The notes under the pieces were generated by a model that saw nothing but the letters and a program-made list of their open reading frames with translations, made no database searches and was not told where the DNA came from. Positions 1 to 11,697 of a stretch of DNA of 64,000 nt are shown piece after piece. The stretch's first letter is position 1; the number at the start of each line of letters is the position of its first letter. The stretch lies in assembly GCF_001194135.2 (NCBI RefSeq), contig NC_068992.1, positions 67,059,696 to 67,123,695 of the forward strand. Direction: 5' to 3'. A program made the position numbers and the translations under genes. Origin of the DNA: Octopus bimaculoides (lineage: Eukaryota).

Positions 1-203
1 GACACACACTGGCATTTATGCATATTAAATCATAATATATATGTAACATAGATTATATGTGTGTGTGTGCATGTTTGCGTGTGTGCGCTTGTGTAAGTAT
101 CTGTGTGAGTGGTTATGTGTTTGTATGATTGTATGCATATAATTTTTCGTTGCCGAGTATTATATCGAATATACTAAGTGCAGTAAATTGCATTTTCTTT
201 CAG

Positions 204-287
204 AATTATTGGAAAACAGCGTATCTTCGAGTGATGCCAGGGCGATTCGAAAGGCAAAACTTCTGTACAAATCGTGTATGAATGAAA
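204..287 (+). CDS. Neprilysin-like M13 metallopeptidase, internal exon 1 of 7 in window (LLENSVSSSDARAIRKAKLLYKSCMNE)
   Basis: ttttctttcag acceptor and GTAAGT donor; phase 1 to phase 1. Translation matches the M13 motif KAKxLYxSCxNE. Splices in frame to 9881. Confidence 0.93.
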
Positions 288-764
288 GTAAGTATTGTTT
301 ATTTGATTAATTCAATTCCTTAACAACAATGCCATGTTATTGACGGCAAATGTCTGTAGACCATGTTATAAATGTGTTGTTAGGGATTGCCTGATAAAAG
401 GAAAGAGTTGACAGCAGAATATAGTTTGGTTTTCTTGCAGCTCTTTATATATATATATGATTAAATGTATTTTCCAATAAAGTGACATTTTAAAAAATCC
501 TATTTCGTTATTTGCATCAGCATGGGGAGGCGGTATATCTGACAGGGGTGGGGCGTCGGGTTTTGCATATTCTATACATTTTATGTTAGTAATACGTTTC
601 TCATAACCAACTCTGCATAATAGAGCAAGAAATAGGAAGTTGTTTTGACTTTAATGTTGCATTTTCTAAATAGAAGTAGCCTTGATGTTCTACCAAACAT
701 ACATGGGCATAGACATACGCGCATGCGTGTTTGTCTCTCTCCTTACCTCTGTCTCTCAATCTGG

Positions 765-804
<40 letters not shown>

Positions 805-837
805 GTATACATACAGGTCAAAGTACCTGTGCGTTTG

Positions 838-895
<58 letters not shown>

Positions 896-910
896 AGCGC
901 GCGCGCGTGT

Positions 911-1360
911 AATTATTATTTATTGTCTTTGCACAGCTTCTAAAGCTAGAGATGTCCTACGGTGCCAGCTGTTCACTACCAGTGAAATAATGTAACGCCC
1001 CTTATTTTTCGAGCACTTTCCGGAGTATTCGAGTGGTTCCAAGCAGTGCTGTTTTCTGCTAGTGCTCCATCCTTATTGCAGTCCCTATCTGTTCCACGTA
1101 CTTCTCAAGATCTTTACTCACTGTTCTCATAGCTCCGACAATTATTTGTACTACTACCATCTTTTCATCGACCACAACTGCTTAATCTCCCAAGCTAACC
1201 TTATTGCGCACCTTGTCACATGGTTATGCTATATATATGATCCGGTATCGTTTGCTTTCTTTATCAATTAACGCTATATCTGGTTTCCTTTTCGCTATCT
1301 CATGGTCGTACTGAAACATAAAATCCCATAGGATCTTTGCATTATCATTTTCGAAGATCA
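911..1360 (-). mobile_element. 5'-truncated R4/Dong-like non-LTR retrotransposon: restriction-like endonuclease domain, 3' UTR and short TAA tail (family A)
   Basis: Minus strand reads ENDNAKILWDF...RKPDIALIDK...AWEIKQLWSMK...IIVGAMRTVSKDLEKY...QKTALLGTTRILRKVLEK* (stop 1002-1004), with stops and frameshifts. These are RLE-type motifs recognised from family knowledge. Confidence 0.85.
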
Positions 1361-1421
1361 GTCACGAACTGAGCGGATAACATCGACTAACCCACACCCT
1401 CGAGCTTCAGTGAAACACCAT

Positions 1422-1522
1422 TCTTCTTCTTCTTCTTCTTCTTCTTCTTCTTCTTCTTCTTCTTCTTCTTCTTCTTCTTCTTCTTCTTCTTCTTCTTCTT
1501 CTTCTTCTTCTTCTTCTTCTTC
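1422..1522. repeat. (TTC)n microsatellite
   Basis: Seen directly. Confidence 0.97.
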
Positions 1523-1853
1523 AAAAACTATACGCATCCGTGTTTTACGGAGGTAATTTTTTCACCGCTATACTTTTATTTCTAANNNNNNNNNNNNNNN
1601 NNNNNNNNNNNNNNNNNNNNNNNNNNNNNNNNNNNNNNNNNNNNNNNNNNNNNNNNNNNNNNNNNNNNNNNNNNNNNNNNNNNNNNNNNNNNNNNNNNNN
1701 NNNNNNNNNNNNNNNNNNNNNNNNNNNNNNNNNNNNNNNNNNNNNNNNNNNNNNNNNNNNNNNNNNNNNNNNNNNNNNNNNNNNNNNNNNNNNNNNNNNN
1801 NNNNNNNNNNNNNNNNNNNNNNNNNNNNNNNNNNNNNNNNNNNNNNNNNNNNN

Positions 1854-1886
<33 letters not shown>

Positions 1887-3931
1887 AAATATAAAGATAG
1901 ATAGATAGATAGATTGATAGATATTTAGATAGATAATGGTAGTGTCATTAATATGTGTTCATAAAACACCGGGATCTCTATATAACTTGATACGAGTGTT
2001 GAAAAGCAGTTTAATGTTCACATATGTAAACATATATCCATCTACTTATCTATGTTGTCATCTCTCCTTTTCTATCTTCTCTCTTTCTCCCTCACTCTCC
2101 CTCTCCCATCTATCCCTCGTCCTTCCTCTCCCTCCAGTCCTTCCTTCGCTTTCTCTATCTGCACGAATATGTTAATTTACGTACATCTAGTTATTGATTG
2201 TATTATTTCCTTGTTTTGCGTACTGTTGGCTATGTGCGCGGCTATTTTTTTGTGAGCGTGTGTATACTATAAATATATAATTTGTATAAATATCAATTTA
2301 TATCTAAGTAAGTGGAGCAATTTATTAAAACAAATTCATTGTGAATTTAAGATTGAAAGAAACGCCATAATTGTTTTTGAATTGAACGAAATAGATTCCT
2401 CAATAAAATGAAAATGGGTGAAAAATAGTTGTGAATATGTAAGACCAAGTCATCACCATTACACACACACACACACACACGTACGAATGCACCACACGAA
2501 CATTCACACGCACATATATATATATATATATATGAAAATATATATAATATGGATCTCAGTAGGTTTCGACGATGAAGATTCAGTTCTTTGCTCAACTGAA
2601 TTTCTTGCACGTTTAATTAAACCTAAATGTTTCTGAGCATTCCAAAGACACGTGTTGCCTTATCGTAATTCATAGACAGAACCGGTTTATGATACGGCTG
2701 TACTTTCAGAATGACACGTACAATCCTTCAGACCGTATTGTATACAATTTCAGTCTGTCTAACACAAAGCTGATGCTTCTGAAGCTTCGGTCGACCTGCA
2801 GCCCCAGAAAAAGTTTAGATTCAATTTTTCTTTGACCGTTTTAAGCTTAAACACAACCTCACACGTGTAAAAATACAGCGAATGCGTTGCTGTGCGTTCA
2901 AGTCAAGATTAGTTTCTCTTATTTTTTTTTTGTCGTTTATCTGTGTCTGTCAGCCTTCTAAATATACGATGTCGCGATTGCAATGTGTTTCTGAATCACT
3001 ACCTACGATATAATTACTTGCCGATCTCTTTTAATTATCACTCGTGTCAAGTAATTATGAAATGCAAATTTCTCAGTGAAATGATCTATTAAAAAGTCAA
3101 GTAATTTCAGTGATAATTATTCAAGATGTTAGCAAAACGCCTTCAGTAACTCAACTGAGAAAAGCGACAACAGAAGCTTTAAGAAAATAGAATGTATGAA
3201 GCGAAGCGTCGACGAAAAGAAAAGGAAAGAAGAGAAAAATAAGAAACAGAGGAAGTTGCCGAAAGCTAAAAGAAAATCGGAGTTGAAAGAAGCGAAGAGT
3301 TGACAGCAAGATACAAGAGAAAGAAATCGGAAAAGCAAAAAACAAACCATGGTGAATCAAAGTGTGGTTAGCAAGGAAATACACACGCACATATACAATC
3401 ACAAATGCACATAGATATAGATTGATACAATCATACATGCAAGTAAACAGATGGAAAAGTTCATGCCTGACTTATTTGTGCGTTATTCGGTTTTGCAGAA
3501 GTGAAACTATATTGTGAAGAACGCACGCTAATCGCTGGTGTAAGTGCTGTTGTCGAGTTCGACTGAGATTCTATTTTGAGTCACGGTTTAATGATAACAG
3601 TTTGTATACATATAGACATGCACGCACACACATTATCATTATACATACACACACACATACTCACACACTCATACACAAACACACACATATGTATATAGAA
3701 CAAGAGTTGTCTAAAAAACAGAGAAAAACGTACATATGATATTATAGCATTTAAATAGATTGCACAGTATTACAACTAATTGCTGAATGTTTGAAACAGC
3801 TGTAAAGTTATATCTAGGAAGGCATTCTTTCTTCACAAAATATATGGTCACTTTTCTGTAAGTTGTTTTATAAATGTATAAAAAATTCTAATGATAAACA
3901 TTTACGTGCCGGTCTATGTTTTGTTCAGAGT

Positions 3932-4005
<74 letters not shown>

Positions 4006-4283
4006 NNNNNNNNNNNNNNNNNNNNNNNNNNNNNNNNNNNNNNNNNNNNNNNNNNNNNNNNNNNNNNNNNNNNNNNNNNNNNNNNNNNNNNNNNNNNNNN
4101 NNNNNNNNNNNNNNNNNNNNNNNNNNNNNNNNNNNNNNNNNNNNNNNNNNNNNNNNNNNNNNNNNNNNNNNNNNNNNNNNNNNNNNNNNNNNNNNNNNNN
4201 NNNNNNNNNNNNNNNNNNNNNNNNNNNNNNNNNNNNNNNNNNNNNNNNNNNNNNNNNNNNNNNNNNNNNNNNNNNNNNNNNNN

Positions 4284-4330
<47 letters not shown>

Positions 4331-4402
4331 TACAGAGATGTACTTGCTTAGCAAGTAACCTGATCTGAGATCGTATGCTGAAACAAGAACAATTGCTGCG
4401 TG

Positions 4403-4642
4403 GAAGCCATCTAAAAACACACAAAAACCGTTAGATTCACTTCAACATTTGAATTTAATTTACCAAAATGTTTTCGTCGCTTTGAGACCGCGACCTGATT
4501 ACTGACAAAATTCCACAGAATTGCACAGAATTTTGTCAGTGAACAGGTCACGGCCTGAAAGGCCACGACGAAAATATTTTGGCAAATTAAATTTAAATGT
4601 TGAAGTGAATCTAACGGTTTTTGTGTGTTTCTTAAATGGTTT
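4403..4642. mobile_element. 240-bp foldback/MITE-like element with ~110-bp inverted arms and a ~14-16 nt loop
   Basis: aaacacacaaaaaccgttagattcacttcaacattt...actgacaaaatt is mirrored by aattttgtcagt...aaatgttgaagtgaatctaacggtttttgtgtgttt, with few mismatches. Confidence 0.85.
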
Positions 4643-4677
4643 ATAAACACCTTCTACGCCGCAATTGTTTTTGTGTG

Positions 4678-4715
<38 letters not shown>

Positions 4716-4718
4716 ACT

Positions 4719-5035
4719 GGCACTCTGTGGGTTATGACGACTAAGGCTCGAGGTGATCCCATCAACGGAACAGCCTGCTGCTCGTGAAATTAACGTGCAA
4801 GTGGCTGAGCACCCAAAAGCCACTCGTATCCGTAACGTGGTTCTCGGGGAGATTCAGTGTGAAAAAGAATGTGACAAAGCCAGCCCTTAGAAATACAGGT
4901 ACTACTCATTTTATCAGCTGAGTGAACTGGAACAACGTGAAATAAAGTGTCTTACTCAAAGACACAACGCATCGCCGGGAATTGAAATCACGAGTTTATG
5001 ATCGTGAGCAGAAATACCTTAACCACCAAGCCACG
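4719..5035 (-). mobile_element. tRNA-derived SINE (head at right; central module C1; tail T1)
   Basis: Reverse complement of the right end reads cgtggcttggtggttaagg...cgtgatttcaattcccgg, a tRNA-like head with A/B boxes. The left ~170 nt are homologous to 49437-49615. Confidence 0.8.
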
Positions 5036-5159
5036 GTTACCTGTGCAAGTACAAAAGAAACGGTAGTAGCATCGTCCTAATCAGGATGCCAGTTTACTTT
5101 GGCAAGTAGAATTTACTCGCTCTCTCTCTCTCTTTGTATATATATATATATATGTGTGT

Positions 5160-5195
<36 letters not shown>

Positions 5196-5203
5196 GTGTG
5201 TGT

Positions 5204-5388
5204 CTATGTTTGTCCCCCCTCCCAACATCACTCGACAACCGATGCTGGTGCATTTACGTCCCTGTAATATAGCAGTTCAGCAAAAGAATAAGTACTAGGC
5301 TTACAAAGAATAAGCCCTGGGTTCGATTTGTTCGACTTCAGGCAGTTCTCCAGCATGGCCGCTGTCAAAATGACTGAAACAAGTAAAA
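5204..5388 (+). mobile_element. SINE body and tail (family ending ctccagcatggccgc...tgactgaaacaagtaaaa)
   Basis: Homologous to 45418-45525 over ~105 nt. Preceded by (TG)n. Confidence 0.7.
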
Positions 5389-5408
5389 TAATGTATATNN
5401 NNNNNNNN

Positions 5409-5450
<42 letters not shown>

Positions 5451-5905
5451 GATATATTGGGTTATATATTGCAATAAAGCTGAGCTCGGCATTTACGTTT
5501 CAAATATATTGTCGTAATATTGTCATGTATTTCTAATCTGATTGCAAGAACTTTGTTAAAAGCAAGCTGATACATTTGCTTTAGCGTTTACATGGCATTT
5601 TGTTTGCAGTTCTTTCAAGGCTCGAAGAAAGCAAATTGGAAATTGATTCCTGTATAATTTTCTTTTGTTATTTTTATTGTTTCACTCCACGGCGTTGGTT
5701 CTTATATAAAATTCAATTGAGTCGTAGTAAGCGCACGATCGTAAAATAATACTTGACAATGTTAGGATTAAGTTATATTTGCACGGACTGCTGGACTGTT
5801 TTATTTTCTTCTTATGTAAACAGAATTTATTACATATCGGACACAGGAGATATTCGTGCTGCTGTTCCTATCGTACAGGATAAGATATTGTAAATACGTA
5901 TACAA

Positions 5906-6032
<127 letters not shown>

Positions 6033-8493
6033 AAACCAGGCATCTATTTCACGTGCAATGGTCTTTCCTTTAAAGTATTTAGTATGCTAGACTGATGCAC
6101 ATGTGATACTACGAGACTAAAATAAGATTATAACTTTTGCTCAATACCAAACAGTAATTGCCTTTTTTCTTGTACTTCTGGAACTAAAATATTTACTTTC
6201 TTACTTTAGATATTTTTCCTCTCTTAAGTTGGATTATCATCCTGAAATTAAATTTGTATATTGATTTAACTCAATAATCCTCTGTCTTATAGAATTCAAT
6301 AACATTAGTGCCGCTGTTTAAAGACATTCCAAAATAAAACGGCAAAGTTTGGAGACTAGATCTGGTGCTTTATATACCATACTCTTTGGGGAACGACGAT
6401 AATTCTAATCTATATTCACTGACATTAGTTTCCGTTTGCTTACACATCAGATATAACCATCATATATTTAAAGTAAAGCATAAAATATCCGCAGACGAAC
6501 ACATCAACGAAACCTTTGATTAATATATTGAGTGTACATATTGATCTACTAAACTAAATACTTCTACAAATTATGTTTCGCATCACAGATAAGGTGGAGG
6601 ATATACGGGATAAAAAAGAAAAAAATCTCTGAGACATTCCAGCAGCAGGTAACACTAGAAAATCTACTTAACGGTTATAAGCTGCTAATTACCTTTTTGA
6701 TAATACGTCAATGAACATTAATATTGGAACAAAGAAACAATATTAATATGATGCCAGATATTATACAGTTGACTTATCATCTTTCTCTTTAATATATATA
6801 TATTGTTGCTTCATTAAAGAGACAGAATTGATACCATCAAAATTATACACATAACGAACTAGCCATCGATCACATTTTCTCATTAGCTGTACATGCATAG
6901 ACAATCGGCAAAGTCGAATTGATGGCAAAATCGGTAGCGCACTGGTTAAAATTCCTAAAAACTTTTCTTGCGTCCTTTTGCGTCAGAAAACATCACTGCA
7001 GGGGTAATTTTCTGTTTCATCATATAGAAGTCGATACATTGTTTACACTTGATACACTTGATTTACTGTAAAACTATATATATATATATATATATGTAAA
7101 TACACACACACATTCAGACACAAACTCACATATACATATATATGCACTCACTCTGCAAGTTTGTGGCTTTGTGACAAGGGAAGAAATCAATATTGCCATA
7201 CCTCAGTTTATCAAAGTTTGGTCTCGTACTTTGTCCATTGAAATCAATATTTGATATTTCTACCGACTGCGGAACCACTAGTTACTTCTTTGCAGAGTTT
7301 TAAGCGTGTGACAATTCTTCAATCTATTGCAATGTAAGAGAATAACAAGTTTGCTTCTCATGTATTATAATTTTATCGATTTAAAGAGATGAATTGTAAA
7401 CGCGACCCCAGGGGACCTAGAAATACATAACAACGGTAATGTGTTGGTTTGTGTAGCAATAAGAACTTCAACAAATGAACGAAATATATTCAAATATATT
7501 TAAATATATTACCATATTCAATAATCTGTAACTGTTTACCGACCACATGATATATAAAAATTTAAATTTCTATCAATGTCTAGAATGTCTGTCTTATTTT
7601 AACTTCTGCGTCATACAAAAGTAAGATTCGTGACCTAAATCTCTGTATATCTCTTACTCATTACCATGTTAATTGTGAACGACTTTCTACGAAATATCAA
7701 ATATTAATATAACAGATTATTTTAAATAATTGGTTGTTGAAATCTTTAAACATTTTTCGATAGTTACTCTTAAAATCTTTTACATTTTATATTTCCCTGT
7801 TGAAAATATTGTAGTTCAGTTGAAAATCTATCAAACGTTTTATTAATCGCATTTTCAATACATTTTAAATGGCGCATCCTTCTATTTATTCAAACATTCT
7901 CTATATTAAACTTTAAAAAAAAATCACAATGATACCATCTCATTTATTAGGTACAATAGCATGAGTTATTCTTCAACTGAGTTTTGTAGTGATTATGAGG
8001 AAGAATCTGCATGCCGTGCTAAAAGCAGCAGTCAGATTTCCATCGAATTGTACCATATCGTCTGAAAGAATATTGAAGAACTTTGACACATTTAAGTTTT
8101 TAAAAAAGGCCTTTGATTATGAATTTGCTTGATCAGGGCCTACCGGAGATTAAACAACAACAACAACAACAACAACAAAAATAACAACATGTTTCTATCC
8201 CATTAGCATATCACCTGTGTATTCTGTCTACTTTGTTTGCTAATAAAAATATTCTCACTAAAGTATTTACGTGCAACGCATGATTACAGCAGTGAAGAAT
8301 ATCAATATTTGGTCCTTTTCTGCAACTCCTTGATGAAGAAACTTATTTTGGTGTAACGCCAGCTATCATTACACAAATACTATAAATGCTTAATCGCATT
8401 CATTAAAATAATTTAGTAGCGTAATTACTTAGGATCCCTAATGATTAACTCTATGAATTCAGACTTAGTGACTTCCTATATAAACAAATTTAT

Positions 8494-8539
<46 letters not shown>

Positions 8540-9880
8540 AGAATGGGTAATGGAGGAAACTATAACGAAGAAAGTTGGACGAGAATCTTAAAACAGTCTT
8601 CAGAATTGCCATTGTACATTGAGAATCTTTATTCCACCTGGATTATCTTTTATCTCGTCGAGATCTACACAAGAAGAATTACTCATTTCTGTCTTGTCTC
8701 CAGACACTTTTCGATCGAACAAACATTCAAATACTTGAATCTAAACTCTAAATAATTCTGTTCAAGTTTTTAAAAAAATGACGTCATCTATACACAAGAA
8801 TGTTTAGATACTTAAACATTAAAAATGAACTGGATTGATAATTTTCCCATTTTAGAAATGTTTCCTATCTTATTTCACAACCTGAAATTAATATTTTTCA
8901 ATGTCTTCAAGCAGGAACAGAAATGAATCTATGATTGAGGTGTACAAAAAATAATTATTGAATACAATGATACATTTGAGATATAAAAAAATAGAAACAG
9001 TAAGCCTTGAGACTATTGCAAGTATATAACTCCAGTATGATGTATATATGTTCCTTTAAAAGAGCTTATGATTATGGACACATGTATGTTGATAATATCA
9101 TATGATACCATATTATAATCTATATGTATGAAGTGTAAACAATATATAGAAAGCATATAATAAATGAATTTAAAAAAAACTGAATTGGAATTCCCAGAGT
9201 GCGCTAAATATTCCTAATGGCACTAATATTTCCATCATTGTAGGTACTTTCTGACTTCTTAATGTAGGGGAGTAATAATTCGAATATTGATTGATTTTTT
9301 TTTTTTGATTTGAAAGCAATTTTTATGCTTTGGAACAGAAGCAAAACATCTTGTTTTGAAGAGCATGCAAATCTTAAGTAATATGAAATAAATATGACCT
9401 AGAACATAATCTCGATATTAAGTTTCTTCTTTGCCGCCTCAGTTTTGTCATATAAATTGTGATTAAATCAAGTAGGTACCATTCATTAGGAATATAGTAA
9501 TAAAAAGCAGATCTGCAACAAAATTTCATTTAATAAGCCATTAGTCGAGCACATAAAGTAATAGCATTGAAACGAATATCACACGTGACTCTCATCTCAA
9601 TACATGATTTCATATTTCGCATAAATCTATCTAAAGCGATGGTATGACAAAAATATAAAACTCCCGCTTTATTTCTCTAAAGTATTTAAGTTAGAAACGG
9701 CACTTAAAGTTCTAAGTTTAAATGAAAACTAAGCAAATTATGTCTCCTTCATAACAGAGGTATTTAAACTAGTTATATATTGGTTGAAGTCTATTAATTA
9801 TAAAATAACTGTGGTTTTTCATTTATTAAATGTTATTTCTATAAACTGCTATAAACTGTTGTTTGTCTTTCTTTTCGCAG

Positions 9881-10086
9881 CATTAATCGAAGAACGCAGT
9901 TTAGCAGAATTTGAAACAGTACTGAGAGGAGAATTTGGTGATTGGCCAGTACGGTACAACAGTAGGGATATAAATAATTTTAGTCTAGTTAATTTACTGT
10001 CATCGTTAAGAAAATACAATTGTCAGCCTTTAATTCACATTGCAGTTCGCTCAAACAATAAGAACTCCACTAGTCATGTACTTTCG
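9881..10086 (+). CDS. Neprilysin-like exon 2 (TLIEERSLAEFETVLRGEFGDWPV...VRSNNKNSTSHVLS)
   Basis: cttttcgcag acceptor, GTAAGT donor, phase 1 to 0. Contains the M13 GxWP and KNS motifs. Open throughout. Confidence 0.93.
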
Positions 10087-11098
10087 GTAAGTAATCGTTT
10101 GAAAATAAAAATTGTTCACACTTCAAAGCTAAATGAATCCTTTGTCTCCTGTTTTTCAGGCTACAGTTTTGTTAGATTCTTTTTGGTAGACTTTGCACAA
10201 TTAGGAAACCTAACTATGAAATTCTCTGTCAGAGTTAAATTCAAATTATTTACGTTCATTTTACCAACTTTCGGTGACCATTTCAGCTCATTTTATGAGA
10301 TTAATTTAGTGCTGGATTGTTTCCACCAAAGCTTCTTGTATTTCTTAGAGAACAAGAAGACAAAGTTTTCAGTGAAACTTTTATTATTCAATAGATTATA
10401 AGACTTACAAATACTGTCATTCAGATCAGTTCTTTATTGACTCCAACGATTGGAAGACGCTTGTTGCGTGAGTTGCAGTAAAATAGGCAACTACTTATAT
10501 GAGAACTTCTGGTCGAAGAATCCTTGATCTGTTTTGCGTTGGTCTTAATGTAGCATATCTCTAAACTGGCGCCATTACTATTTGATTGTTAAAACGTGGT
10601 TAAATGTGTGTCGTCTTATGACGTGGTTGCGACTGAGCTCAGGAGTTTCTACTCTGAGAATCTCGAAGCGTAATTCTCACTATTTTTAATGTTTTAAATT
10701 CTTGTCACAATATGATGCACTTAATACGCACAGACATATCTACACAAAAGCACACACACGCACACACACATACACACACACAAGTACAGAAATACGCACA
10801 CACACACCCAACACGTACACAAACATACATGTACATATATATAAATGCACATGCTGCACACACACACTCACATATACTTATGTATAAATATATGTAATGT
10901 GTATAAACATATGTAATAAATAAACATTTATATACATACACACACACACATATATATATATATATACACACACAAATACATATACATATATATGAGCATA
11001 CACATACACAAACATGCATATGCATGTGTATTTGTATATATAAGTATATCTACCTATTTATCTGCCTCTCTGTATATATATATATATATATATATGAT

Positions 11099-11138
<40 letters not shown>

Positions 11139-11517
11139 ATCATATACCATAAGATATAAAGCTAAATTTAAGAAGTCGAGTGGAAGCCATTATAAGCACT
11201 CAAGCCATAGACTTCAGTCTCCTGTTACATTCATGCTTACATAGAGTGATGATGTATGGAAGGAAGAGGAGTATATCGTCTAACCACGCAGGAAGGTCAC
11301 CATAAACATCTGCATCTTTTAAAACAACATACATTCGTACATAATGTGATGTGGAGAACATATTGGAGAAATTATCTTCTCTGACAATTATTAATGAAAG
11401 CATAAGATATATTTTGCGCATTTTTCATGACGTCTGTGTATTAAATAATGTTTAAACGCACAACAAATTTTATTCTTTCTTTCATGATTTTTTTTTCTTT
11501 TTCAATATAATTTGTAG

Positions 11518-11697
11518 ATTGATCAACCATCTTTCGGTATGCCTGGGCAAAAGTACTACTTGAAAGGTCGCAATGATACCAAATTAAAGGCTTATGAAAA
11601 GCTCGCCGTTCAGATGGCAATCAATTTTGGGGCCGACCCGAAGACAGCTGAAGAAGACATGAGTGATATGGTGGATTTGGAGATAAAGCTTGCCAAC
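11518..11697 (+). CDS. Neprilysin-like exon 3 (IDQPSFGMPGQKYYLKG...MVDLEIKLAN)
   Basis: Polypyrimidine tract plus tttgtag acceptor, GTAAGG donor, 180 nt, phase 0-0. Contains IDQPxxGxP..YY and ExxLAN motifs. Confidence 0.95.

Noticed and set aside
9784-10401. 205-aa ORF as a standalone gene
   Set aside because: Only 9881-10086 resembles M13. The rest is read-through beyond canonical splice sites.
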